Shown: positions 18,530-27,748 of the stretch, in pieces
Position numbering within the stretch: the stretch's first letter is position 1
Layout of the letters: every line of letters starts with the position of its first letter
From: Elusimicrobiota bacterium
GTDB lineage: Bacteria > Elusimicrobiota > Elusimicrobia > UBA1565 > UBA9628
Assembly: GCA_033875325.1 (NCBI GenBank)
Contig: JANRKA010000084.1
Coordinates: forward strand, 4,716 to 68,715
DNA length: 64,000 nt
Direction: 5' to 3'
Translations under genes and position numbers: made by a program
The notes under the pieces: generated by a model
Databases searched by the model: none
Told to the model about the DNA's origin: nothing
What the model saw: only the letters and a program-made list of their open reading frames with translations

Positions 18530-18973
18530 ATGTCCCGAGCCCGCAACATCGTCGTCATCCTCATCCTCTGCATCATCGGCGGTTATTCGATGATGAAGAA
18601 GAACGGCCCGATCCTGACCATGCCTGCCGCCGATGAACTCCGCGACACCGTCGCCGGCGGCCCCACCACCAAGGCTTCCCGCCCCGGCCTCAACTTCGGA
18701 CAGACCAACGACGGCGAGCTGCGCGACGCCGTCGCCAACAACGCCGCCGAGAACGGCGGCAACGGCCCGATCTTCGGCAACTCCGACGGCGGCAACCCGC
18801 CGCCTCCGCGCGGCTCCGGCACCGGCGGCTTCGGCCCCCTCGGCAACGGCGGCCCCGGACAGAACCTCCCGCCCAACGACCCGCCCGAGGACCTGTCTCC
18901 TTCGGCGCCGCCGTCGGACGAGAAGCCCATTTGCGTCCGCGATTACGACGAGTGCTACAGCCCGCAGCCCTGA
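18530..18973 (+). CDS. Hypothetical single-pass membrane protein with Gly/Asn/Pro-rich tail
   Basis: ATG 18530 is preceded by ggagga. A TM segment IVVILILCIIGGY is followed by a low-complexity tail. GC content is locally lower, and an intrinsic terminator follows the gene. Confidence 0.5.
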   Translation: MSRARNIVVILILCIIGGYSMMKKNGPILTMPAADELRDTVAGGPTTKASRPGLNFGQTNDGELRDAVANNAAENGGNGPIFGNSDGGNPPPPRGSGTGGFGPLGNGGPGQNLPPNDPPEDLSPSAPPSDEKPICVRDYDECYSPQP

Positions 18974-18993
18974 TGTAGCCCCGTTCGACCGGG

Positions 18994-19031
18994 AGCCCAG
19001 TCCCCCTGAAAAAGGGACTGGGCTTCTTGTT
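18994..19031 (+). terminator. Intrinsic terminator
   Basis: An 11-bp stem agcccagtccc / gggactgggct with a 9-nt loop is followed by tcttgttg. Confidence 0.7.
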
Positions 19032-19079
19032 GCCTCCACCGTATAGCATTGGTAATAGATAAGCCTCAAAAGGAAACAC

Positions 19080-20336
19080 ATGCGTAAGCTCATCGCCGCC
19101 GTCCTGATTCTCGGCATCGTCTCCCCGGCCTCCGCCGGCAACTGGGACTGGCTCACCCAATACAAGCGGCCCAACCTCCACTGGGGCCAGCTCGCGCTCC
19201 ATCCTTATTACAAGCTCACCCAGATCTACGACTCGAACATCTACCTCGTGCCGCCGCCCAACGGCGGCTTCTCGGTCGGCAGCGGCGTGCGCGGCTCCTG
19301 GATCACCCGCAACGACCTCGGCCTGGAGACCGTGCTCCCCATCGGCAACCTGCAGAAGGTCTCCGCCGGCTACCTGTTCCAGTCCGACAAGTATTCGACC
19401 CAGCCCGAGCTCAACGACACCATCAACCAGGTCGCGCACCTGGACTACGAGTACCGCGGCGCCTACGGCCTGACGGCCCGCGTCGGGGACCGCTACGAGA
19501 ACACCACCGACCAGGCCTTCTCCCAGCTCGTCGAGCGCGCGCGCCGCTGGTCCAACCGGGCCGGCGCCTCGTTGGACTACCGCCCCGAGAACGGGCGCCT
19601 GGCCGGCGGCATCGACGTCTCCCAGACCACCCACAAGTACCTGCCGCCCGCCTTCGCCCGCCTGCTCAACCGCTACGAGCAGCGTTTCGGCTTCAATCTC
19701 GGCTACATGGTGATGCCCAAGACCAAGGCCTACGCGTCCTACCACCGCGGCGTCATCCATTACACCGTCGGCCGCCAACTGCCCGACCAGGACAAGAACA
19801 GCAAGTCCCACAACTTCGGCTTCGGCGTGGAGGGCCAGCTCACGCCCAAGCTCGAGGGCCGCGTCGAGACCGGCATGACCCACCGCGAGTACGACGAGGC
19901 GCCCATCGGCGCCAACACGCGCACGACGAAGAACCTCACCGTGGCGACCTACCTGACCTACAAGCCGCAGGACCGCACCACGGTCGCCTTCCGCGCGTCG
20001 CGCTACCTGCAGGAGTCCATCTTCGCCGGCAACCGCTTCTACATCAGCAACGACGTGGGCCTGGACGTCTCGCACAAGCTGCCCTACAAGTTCTCCGTGG
20101 GCGGCGGCGTCGCCTTCGGCCTCGACAAGTACCCCGACGTCGTCACCGCCTCCTCGGGCGCGCGCGGCCAGCGCCGCGACGACATCTACCAGGGCGGCGC
20201 CTGGCTCGAGTACGACATCCAGGAGTGGCTGACGACCGGCATCTCCTACGTCTACCGCGAGCGCAACTCGACGCTCCCGGCGGACTTCAACTACGAGGAC
20301 CAGCGGACGGCCGTGAACCTGGCGCTGAAGTTCTAA
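19080..20336 (+). CDS. Outer-membrane beta-barrel protein of polysaccharide loci
   Basis: It has a signal peptide ...SPASA, alternating beta-strand pattern throughout, and a terminal ...NLALKF. It is the first gene of the EPS locus. Confidence 0.7.
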   Translation: MRKLIAAVLILGIVSPASAGNWDWLTQYKRPNLHWGQLALHPYYKLTQIYDSNIYLVPPPNGGFSVGSGVRGSWITRNDLGLETVLPIGNLQKVSAGYLFQSDKYSTQPELNDTINQVAHLDYEYRGAYGLTARVGDRYENTTDQAFSQLVERARRWSNRAGASLDYRPENGRLAGGIDVSQTTHKYLPPAFARLLNRYEQRFGFNLGYMVMPKTKAYASYHRGVIHYTVGRQLPDQDKNSKSHNFGFGVEGQLTPKLEGRVETGMTHREYDEAPIGANTRTTKNLTVATYLTYKPQDRTTVAFRASRYLQESIFAGNRFYISNDVGLDVSHKLPYKFSVGGGVAFGLDKYPDVVTASSGARGQRRDDIYQGGAWLEYDIQEWLTTGISYVYRERNSTLPADFNYEDQRTAVNLALKF

Positions 20337-20356
20337 GCAGGCTATAATAGCCCGCG

Positions 20357-21280
20357 ATGAACCGACAGGCTCTGTGGGCCCCGTCCGCCGCGCTCCTGGT
20401 CGCGGCCCTGTCCGGGTGCATGAGCACCCCGCTGCACGGCGAGCAGAAGGAGCCCGCGGTCCGCATCGTCCCGTTCGCGCTCCCGCCGCAGCCTGACGGG
20501 ACGGTCTCGGCCGCTCCCGACCCCGAAGCCGCGCCGTTCGCCCCGGAGCCGGTCAAGACCGAGGTCGCGGTCCGTCCCATCGAGGCCGCCAGGCCCGAGC
20601 CCGCGAAGCCCGAGCCCGCGAAGCCCGAGCCGAAGGCGGCGCCCGCGCCGGAGCCCGTCCCCGAGCCGGTCAAGGCGGCCGCGGCCCGTCCCGCTCCCGC
20701 GCCGGAGGCGGCCAAGGCCGCCGACAGCAAGGAGGCGGCCGCCATCGCGGCGGCGATGATGCAGGTCGCCCGCTCCAAGACCGACTACAAGATATCCTCG
20801 GCCGACCTGGTGGCCGTGACCGTGTACCAGGACCCGGACATGTCGCGCAAGGTCCGCGTCAACAGCAACGGCACGGCGGCGCTGCCCCTCATCGGGGCCG
20901 TCAAGATCGGCGGGCTCTCCCTGCTCGACGCCCAGGCCGTCATCGAGACGAAGCTGTCGAAGTTCCTGGTCAACCCTCAGGTCTCCCTGTTCATCGAGGA
21001 GTACGGCAACAAGCTCGTCTTCGTCATGGGCGAGGTCCAGAAACCCGGCTCCTACCCCATCCCCACCGAGAAGAGCCTCACCGTGCTCGAGGCCATCAGC
21101 ACCGCGGGCGGCTTCACGCCCATCGCGGCCCAGGACCGCACCAAGGTCCTGCGCAACGTGGGCGGAGCCAGCGTGACCTTCACCATCGAGGTCAAGGCCA
21201 TCACCCAGGGCGGACAGAAGGACAAGGACATCGTGCTCGAGCCCAACGACGTCATCTACGTCCCCCAGAGCTTCTTCTAG
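20357..21280 (+). CDS. Polysaccharide export lipoprotein (Wza/OPX family: Poly_export + SLBB)
   Basis: Lipobox ALSGC, then an Ala/Pro/Glu-rich linker with AKPEP repeats. Blocks YKISSADLVAVTVY, NGTAALPLIG and KDIVLEPNDVIYVP are present. TATAAT lies 8 nt upstream of the ATG. Confidence 0.85.
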   Translation: MNRQALWAPSAALLVAALSGCMSTPLHGEQKEPAVRIVPFALPPQPDGTVSAAPDPEAAPFAPEPVKTEVAVRPIEAARPEPAKPEPAKPEPKAAPAPEPVPEPVKAAAARPAPAPEAAKAADSKEAAAIAAAMMQVARSKTDYKISSADLVAVTVYQDPDMSRKVRVNSNGTAALPLIGAVKIGGLSLLDAQAVIETKLSKFLVNPQVSLFIEEYGNKLVFVMGEVQKPGSYPIPTEKSLTVLEAISTAGGFTPIAAQDRTKVLRNVGGASVTFTIEVKAITQGGQKDKDIVLEPNDVIYVPQSFF

Positions 21281-21283
21281 GCC

Positions 21284-23002
21284 ATGGCCGACCAAGACCA
21301 GGACATCGAGCTCAACTTCGCGCAGTACGTCGAGATCCTCTCCCGCCGCCGCTGGATCGTCGTCCTCATCGCTTTCGTCGTGTTCGCCGCCTCCGCGGGT
21401 TACGCCTTCCTGGCCACCCCGGTGTACCGCGCCTCCACCCTCCTCAACATCGAATACGTCCGCAAGGCCGTGACCTCCGGCGGCCCCACCATCGAGGAGG
21501 ACAGCGAGGACTACTTCGAGACGCAGTTCAAGCTCATCAAGAGCGACACCCTCCTGCGCCGCGTCTATGACGACCAGAAGCTCGCCTTGACGCCCGACTT
21601 CGCCTCGGGCCTGGGCGCGCTGCGCGAGGCCGTGGCCGTGTCGCAGCTGCCGCGCACCCGGCTGGCCACCGTCAGCGTGGACAGCACCGACCCGGCGCTG
21701 GCCGCGCGCCTGTCCAACACCATCACCCAGTACTTCGTCGAGCAGAACCTCAACAACCAGCTGTTCATGTCCAAGGAGGTGCTCGACGCCCTCCAGCAGC
21801 GCATGACCGGCGCCGAGGCCCAACGCGTCAACGAATCCCTGCCCTCGGTCGTCAACAACCGCCTCATCCAGTCCATCAAGGAGCAGATCTTCGGCGTCGA
21901 GGCGCAGCTCGCGGACCTGCGCATGAAATACACCGACCAGCATCCGCAGGTCATCGCGCTGCGCTCCCGCCTGGACTCGATGAAGAAGGTGCTCAACACC
22001 GAGGTCGAGAACGTGGTGCAGAGCCTCAAGACCGAGCTCTCCGGCCAGCTCCAAGGCAACAACGTCCGCATCGTCGACGCCGCCAAGGTCCCCGAGCGCC
22101 CGGTCAAGCCGCGCAAGCTGCTCGCCGTCCTCTTCGGCCTCATCGGCGGCCTCTCGTTGGGCGTGTTCGCGGCGGTCATCGTCGAGCTGCTCGACCAGAC
22201 CGTGCGCACCCAGGACGACCTGGAGCGCAAGATCGGGCTTCCCTTCCTGGGCGTCATCCCTCTCTCGCGCCACAAGAAGAACGCCAAGGCCTACGAGCAC
22301 ATGCTCTCGCCCGACGTCTCTCTGACCAGCGAGGCCTTCCGCAACCTGCGCACGATGGTGGACTTCGCCGAGTCCGTGGACGGGGAGAACGCCATCATCG
22401 TGACCAGCTCGGTGCAGGAGGAGGGGAAAAGCTTCGTCGCCACCAACCTCGCCGTCGCGCTGGCCCAGCTCGGCCGCAACGTCCTGATGGTGGACGGCGA
22501 CCTGCGCCGTCCGCGCCAGCACCGCAACCTGATGGCGTCTTCCGAGAAAGGCCTCAGCGACTTCCTCTCCGGCGCGGTCAAGGACCCCGCCGAGCTCGTG
22601 CAGAAGACCGAGGTCCCGAACCTCGAGATCATCACCTGCGGTCCCCGTCCGCCCAACCCCGCCGAGCTGCTCAACACCGAGAAACTCGCGGAGTTCGTGG
22701 CCTGGGCGCGCAAGCGCTACGGCCGCATCGTCGTGGACTGCACGCCGGTCTTCCCCATCTCCGACACCATGCTCTGGGGCCGCCACGTGCGCCAGGCCGT
22801 GTTCGTCGCGCGCTTCGGACGCACCCGCGCGCCGCTCATCCGCACCGCCTGCGCGCGCCTGCGCTCGGGCGGCCTCAAGCTGCTGGGCGGCATCATCAAC
22901 GGGGCGCGCCAGGGCACGATGAGCTACGCCGACGGCCGCTACTACGAGCAGTACTACCGGGACTACGCCGAGCCCGACGCGCCCAAGACCCGCGGCGCAT
23001 GA
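21284..23002 (+). CDS. Polysaccharide co-polymerase / tyrosine autokinase (Wzc/GumC-like)
   Basis: An N-terminal Wzz-like TM domain and coiled region are followed by the Walker A motif SSVQEEGKSFVATNLA, then MVDGDLRRP. The C-terminal Tyr cluster is YADGRYYEQYYRDY. Confidence 0.85.
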   Translation: MADQDQDIELNFAQYVEILSRRRWIVVLIAFVVFAASAGYAFLATPVYRASTLLNIEYVRKAVTSGGPTIEEDSEDYFETQFKLIKSDTLLRRVYDDQKLALTPDFASGLGALREAVAVSQLPRTRLATVSVDSTDPALAARLSNTITQYFVEQNLNNQLFMSKEVLDALQQRMTGAEAQRVNESLPSVVNNRLIQSIKEQIFGVEAQLADLRMKYTDQHPQVIALRSRLDSMKKVLNTEVENVVQSLKTELSGQLQGNNVRIVDAAKVPERPVKPRKLLAVLFGLIGGLSLGVFAAVIVELLDQTVRTQDDLERKIGLPFLGVIPLSRHKKNAKAYEHMLSPDVSLTSEAFRNLRTMVDFAESVDGENAIIVTSSVQEEGKSFVATNLAVALAQLGRNVLMVDGDLRRPRQHRNLMASSEKGLSDFLSGAVKDPAELVQKTEVPNLEIITCGPRPPNPAELLNTEKLAEFVAWARKRYGRIVVDCTPVFPISDTMLWGRHVRQAVFVARFGRTRAPLIRTACARLRSGGLKLLGGIINGARQGTMSYADGRYYEQYYRDYAEPDAPKTRGA

Positions 23003-24774
23003 GCGGGAGCGTCCCTTCCGCGGCGCTCGAAGGCCTTCTCTACCTCCTCCTGGCCTTCGGACCCTTCGCCTTCGGCTGCGTGGAGCCGTGGGCTCGCGCG
23101 ACGCTCGAGGCGGCGTGTTTCCTCCTGGCGTTCGGCGTGTTCCTGCGCGGCCGCGCGGCCGCCTCGCCCGCGGGAACCTTCCTGTGGACCCTGCCGGCCG
23201 CCTTCGCCGCGCTGGCGCTGCTCCAGGCCGCCAACGCGCCTCTGCCGGACGGGCCTCGCCCGGCGTGGCCCTTCAGCGTCTCGCCCGCCGAGACCGAGGA
23301 CGCCGCCCGGCTGTGGGCGGCCTACGCCTGCCTCGCCTGGTCCGTGCCGCGCGTGCTCATCGACCACGACGCCGCGCGGCGCTTCGCGCGGGTGTTCCTG
23401 GGCCTGGGCGTCGCGGTCGCCGCGTTGGGCTTCGCCCAGGCCTGGACGAGCGTGGACCGCATCTACTGGACGCGACCCACGGCCAAGGGCGTGGCTCCGT
23501 TCGGCCCGTATTACAACATGGACCACGCCGCCGGGTTCCTGCTGCTGAGCCTGGGCTTCGGCTCGGGCCTGTTCGCTTCGCGGTTCTCGGAGTGGAACGA
23601 GGGCCGTCCCACGCGCGAGTGGGGACGCGCGCAGGCCGCGATGGCGGCGCTGCTCGCGCTGGTCTTCGCCGCGCTCACGGCGTGCCGCTCGCAGGCGGCC
23701 ATGCTCGCCCTCGCTCTCGGCGCGTTGTTCGTCGTGTTCCTCGCCGCGGGCTTCCATGAGCGCCGCCGGCGCCTGCTCCAGGCCGGCGGCGCGCTCGCGG
23801 CGGCCGCGGCCGTCGTCGCGCTCGTCTTCCGCGTGGCGACCGCGGGCGAGGCGGCGGGGGCGGTCGTCGAGAAGGCCGTGCGCAGCCGCCTGGCCATCTA
23901 CGCGGACGCGTGGCGCTGGTGGCTCGACGCGCCATGGACCGGGACGGGCCTGGGCACCTTCGACTTCCTCTACCCCGCGTATCAGGACTCCTCGCTGCGC
24001 GCCGCGGTCTCCCACGCCCACAGCGATTGGATCGAGACCGCGCTCGGCGCCGGCCTGCCCGGGCTGTTGCTCGCGGCGGCGGCGGCGCTGCTGCCCGCGG
24101 CCGCGGGCGCGCGCTCCTGGTGGTCGGGCCGCTCCCGGGAGATGCGCGGCCTCCTGGGCGGCGCCTTGGCCGCGGGCGCGTTCGCCGCGGCGCACTCCCT
24201 CTTCGAGTTCAACTTCCAGATACCCGGCAACGCGGTCGCGATGGTCGCCGTCGCGGGGTTCTTGGCGTCGTCGGCCTCCTGGCGCGACAAACGCGTCGAG
24301 CGCCCGTTCCCGGACCGTCCCGACGCGCTCGGCGTCTCGCTGGCCGGGGTCGCGCTCGTCGTCGGCGTCGCGTGGGCGGCGGCGCCGGCCGTCGCGCGGG
24401 CCCGGTTGGCGCCTCAGGCGGCTCCCGCCGCGCGCGCCGCGGGCGCGTCGCGCGCCCTGGCGCTCGACGAGGACCCGCGCCACTGGTACGCGCTGGGCGC
24501 CGCGTCCCACGACCTGGCGATGTCGAGCCCCGAGCCGGACCCCGCGCTGCTGCGCTTCGCCGCGTCGGCGGCCGTGACCGCGGCCGACGCGCGTCCCTAC
24601 GACTCGGCGCCGCTCTACCTCGCCGGCGTGGCGCTGTGGCGCCTGCAGCGCCCGCAGGACGCGGCCGACTTCTTCGCCGCGAGCCGCGCGGTCGGTTTCG
24701 CGCCCTACCGGCCCCCGCGCGGGGCCCGGGCGGCCGCGCGCCGCGCCGCGCCGAGCGCGGGGGTGAAGCCATGA
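22999..24774 (+). CDS. O-antigen ligase/polymerase-like membrane protein (Wzy_C domain) with soluble C-terminal repeat domain
   Basis: It is polytopic, carries the Wzy_C block AHSDWIETALGAGLPGL, and has a ~170-aa helical-repeat C-terminus. ATGA overlap with the Wzc-like gene. Confidence 0.75.
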   Translation: MSGSVPSAALEGLLYLLLAFGPFAFGCVEPWARATLEAACFLLAFGVFLRGRAAASPAGTFLWTLPAAFAALALLQAANAPLPDGPRPAWPFSVSPAETEDAARLWAAYACLAWSVPRVLIDHDAARRFARVFLGLGVAVAALGFAQAWTSVDRIYWTRPTAKGVAPFGPYYNMDHAAGFLLLSLGFGSGLFASRFSEWNEGRPTREWGRAQAAMAALLALVFAALTACRSQAAMLALALGALFVVFLAAGFHERRRRLLQAGGALAAAAAVVALVFRVATAGEAAGAVVEKAVRSRLAIYADAWRWWLDAPWTGTGLGTFDFLYPAYQDSSLRAAVSHAHSDWIETALGAGLPGLLLAAAAALLPAAAGARSWWSGRSREMRGLLGGALAAGAFAAAHSLFEFNFQIPGNAVAMVAVAGFLASSASWRDKRVERPFPDRPDALGVSLAGVALVVGVAWAAAPAVARARLAPQAAPAARAAGASRALALDEDPRHWYALGAASHDLAMSSPEPDPALLRFAASAAVTAADARPYDSAPLYLAGVALWRLQRPQDAADFFAASRAVGFAPYRPPRGARAAARRAAPSAGVKP

Positions 24775-26021
24775 ACGCGACCCGGACGGGTTTCGGCACG
24801 GCCACCGTGCGCCTGCCCAACCCTATGGTCTTGATGGTCTGGTTGACCGTATTCGTGCCGGGGCATCTCTACTTGTGGGCCGTGGAGCGCGCCTTCGCCG
24901 GGCTCGTGCTCTTCGCGGCGGTGTTCCTGAGCCTGGCCCAGACCGCCCCCTGGGAGACGCGCCGCCCCTCCCAACGCGCGTTGGCCTTCGTCTTCCTCAT
25001 TCAGTTCCTCTACGCGGTCTCCTATGTGTACTCGACGGCGTTCAACGGCATCGAGACCGGCATGCGCGACGCCTTCGAGATGCTGCGCTACGTCATCGTC
25101 GGCGGCTTCGCCTTCTACGTCATCCGCCACGCCGACGCCAGCGTGCGCGACGCCGTCGAGAGGGCTCTGTCGGTCATCCCCTACTACTCCTTGTTCGTGC
25201 TCGCCTGCTTCTCGCGTTCCGTGCCGGTGCTCACGGGACTGTTCAAGGACTTCCTCTACGCCCAGACGAAGACCTCGGTCGGCGCGACGACCGGGCAGTT
25301 CCGCGTCGCGGCGCCCTACGCCAATCCCAACTACCTGGGTTACGCGTGCGCTCTGGGGCTGGCTTACTTCCTGTTCTTCGGCCGCTCGCGCCTGCGGTTC
25401 CTCCACGCCGGGGCCATGCTCGTGGCCATCTTCTCCACCGGCAGCCGCACGGCCTGGATCGCGACGGGCGTCATCCTGGCCTACGCGGCGGCGGCCTACG
25501 CCTACCAGGGGCTGGTGCGCGTGCGCCTGCGCTACGCCCTCCAGCTCAGCCTCGGCCTGTTCGTCCTCGTCGTCGCCGGCGTGCGCCTCTCGGGCCGCAT
25601 CATGGAGAACCCGCGCGTGCGCCGCGTGGTCACCGCCGTGCACCGCGGCGGCCTGCAGGAGGAGTCCAACGCGTCCAAACGCCTCGACCAGTTCCGCGAC
25701 GCGCTCTCCTACATCGAGCGCTCGCCGGTGCTGGGCTGGGGCCCCTCCAAATACGAGACCATGACCTACGTGGACAACCAGTACCTGCTCTGGCTGCTGC
25801 GCAACGGGGCGTTGGGCACCGCGGTCATCCTGGCCGCGCTGGCCATGGCGGGTTGGCGCCTGGTCGTCTCCACGCGCGGCGACCCGCTGGCGATGGCCGG
25901 CGCTCTCGCCTTCCTGTCGGCCTTGGCGCTGATGCTCATGACCGGCCAGTTCCTCGACAATTTCCGCCTGCTGTTCCTGACCGGCTTCATCGCGGTCGCC
26001 ATACATCAGAGGCGGGCGTGA
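24771..26021 (+). CDS. Wzy-type polymerase-like membrane protein
   Basis: ATG 24771 (MNATRTGF...) is in the frame of track ORF 23910..26021. It is polytopic, with blocks STGSRTAWIA and VDNQYLLWLLRNGALG. Confidence 0.7.
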   Translation: MNATRTGFGTATVRLPNPMVLMVWLTVFVPGHLYLWAVERAFAGLVLFAAVFLSLAQTAPWETRRPSQRALAFVFLIQFLYAVSYVYSTAFNGIETGMRDAFEMLRYVIVGGFAFYVIRHADASVRDAVERALSVIPYYSLFVLACFSRSVPVLTGLFKDFLYAQTKTSVGATTGQFRVAAPYANPNYLGYACALGLAYFLFFGRSRLRFLHAGAMLVAIFSTGSRTAWIATGVILAYAAAAYAYQGLVRVRLRYALQLSLGLFVLVVAGVRLSGRIMENPRVRRVVTAVHRGGLQEESNASKRLDQFRDALSYIERSPVLGWGPSKYETMTYVDNQYLLWLLRNGALGTAVILAALAMAGWRLVVSTRGDPLAMAGALAFLSALALMLMTGQFLDNFRLLFLTGFIAVAIHQRRA

Positions 26022-27748
26022 GCGTCCTGCTGCTCGCGGCGCTCGCGGCCCACGCGGGCCCGGTCCCGGCGGCCTTATGCCGCGGCGGCCGGCCGGCCAT
26101 GCCCGTCGTCGTCGCGGCCTCGGCGTCCGGCCGCACGCGCCGCGCCGCGGCCGACCTTGCCGCGTCCTTGGGCCGCGTCTGCGGAGCCGCGTTCAAGGTG
26201 CGCGAAGGCGACGGCGCGACCGGGCTCGCCCTGGGCACGGCCGCCGACTTCCCGGCCTTGGTCCCGGCCGGCGGATTCGACGCCCCCGAGCCGATGCGGC
26301 GCGAGCAGTTCCTGCTGCGCTCGGGCCCGGAGGGGCTTCGCGCCGTCGGCGCGACCGAGGCCGGCGTCGAGGCCGCGTCGGCCGAGATCCTGAGGAGGGC
26401 CGGCTGGCGGCGCTACTTCCCCGGTCCCGCCTGGGAGGTCGTGCCGTCGCGTCCGGACCTGGCGCTGGCCGCCGACGAGACGAGCGCGCCCGCCTTCGCG
26501 GCGCGGCGCATCTGGTACGACTTCGGCTACCTCGACTCGTCGCGGTCGGCCTACGACGAGTGGGCGCGGCGCAACCGCGTGCCGGGCGGCTTCGAGCTGC
26601 GTACCGGCCACTCCTTCGACGCGGTGCGCGCCCGCCACGAGGCCGAGTTCGCCGCGCACCCGGAGTACCTCGCCTTGGTGGGGGGGCGGCGCGTCTCCGA
26701 CAAGTTCTGTCTCTCCAACCCCGCGTTGCGACGCCTCGTCGTCGAGGACGCGCTGGGGCGGCTGCAGCGCGGCCGGGCCGACAGCGTCTCCCTCGAGCCT
26801 TCCGACGGCGACGGCTGGTGCGAATGTTCGGCCTGTCGGGCCCTGGGCGGCCCCAGCGACCGCCTGGCCTTGCTGGCGACGGAGGCCGCCGCGGCGCTGG
26901 CGGAGCGTTTCCCGGGACGCGTGGCCGGCTTCTACGCCTACCACCGCCACTCGCCGCCTCCCAAGGCCCGCCTGCCGGCCGGCATCGTGGTGAGCGTGGC
27001 CGCCGCGTACCAAGCTTCCGGCTGGACGACCGAGTCCTTGCTCGAGGCCTGGCGCGAGAAGACGACCTCGCCCCTGGGAGTGCGCGAGTATTACGGCGTG
27101 TTCAAATGGCACCAGGGACTGCCCGGGCGCATGCGCGGCGCGGACCTCTCGTATCTGGCGCGCAGCATCCCGCGCTACCACGCGTTGGGCGCGCGCTTCA
27201 TGTCGGCCGAGAGCGGGGAGGATTGGGGCGCGCACGGCCTGGGCCATTACGCGGCGACGCGCATCCTCTGGGACCTCTCCGAGGCCGGCCGCGTGGACGC
27301 CATCAAGGAGGAGTTCCTCGAGGACTGCTTCGGGCCGGCCAAGGCGCCCATGCGCCGCTGGTACGCGGCGGTGGACGGGTCGCGCGGCCTCGCCGAGCGC
27401 GAGGTCCCGCCCGCGCTCGTCGCCGAGCTCTACGGCCGCCTCGCCGAGGCCTGGCCGCTCGCGGCCGACGCCGCCGCGCGCCGGCGCCTGGCGGACCTGG
27501 CTCTCTACGCCCGTTTCGTCGAGCTGCACGCGGCCTATTCGGCCGCCGGGGCCGGGCGGGGGGAGGCCTTCGCCGCGCTGGTGCGCCACGCGCGGCGCAT
27601 GAGGGGCCGCATGCTCGTGCACCTCAAGGGGCTCGAGGAGTGGCTGCCCGCCCGCGACCCCGCGGCGAAGCTGCCGCCCGACGACGGCGCGCCGGAGTAC
27701 ACCCAGGCCGAGGCGGAGGCCGTCCTGACGGCGGGAGCGGCGAGGTGA
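26018..27748 (+). CDS. DUF4838-like protein (glycoside-hydrolase-like fold, function unknown)
   Basis: GTG 26018 is in the frame of track ORF 24875..27748. It has an N-terminal signal-like segment and the characteristic SLEPSDGDGWCECSACR block. Confidence 0.55.
   Translation: MSVLLLAALAAHAGPVPAALCRGGRPAMPVVVAASASGRTRRAAADLAASLGRVCGAAFKVREGDGATGLALGTAADFPALVPAGGFDAPEPMRREQFLLRSGPEGLRAVGATEAGVEAASAEILRRAGWRRYFPGPAWEVVPSRPDLALAADETSAPAFAARRIWYDFGYLDSSRSAYDEWARRNRVPGGFELRTGHSFDAVRARHEAEFAAHPEYLALVGGRRVSDKFCLSNPALRRLVVEDALGRLQRGRADSVSLEPSDGDGWCECSACRALGGPSDRLALLATEAAAALAERFPGRVAGFYAYHRHSPPPKARLPAGIVVSVAAAYQASGWTTESLLEAWREKTTSPLGVREYYGVFKWHQGLPGRMRGADLSYLARSIPRYHALGARFMSAESGEDWGAHGLGHYAATRILWDLSEAGRVDAIKEEFLEDCFGPAKAPMRRWYAAVDGSRGLAEREVPPALVAELYGRLAEAWPLAADAAARRRLADLALYARFVELHAAYSAAGAGRGEAFAALVRHARRMRGRMLVHLKGLEEWLPARDPAAKLPPDDGAPEYTQAEAEAVLTAGAAR

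Noticed and set aside
20594-20636. A tandem 15-bp repeat cccgagcccgcgaag (about 2.7 copies).
   Set aside because: It lies in frame inside the Wza-like gene and encodes the (PEPAK)n linker. It is not a CRISPR array or a regulatory repeat. No CRISPR-like arrays are seen anywhere in the window.
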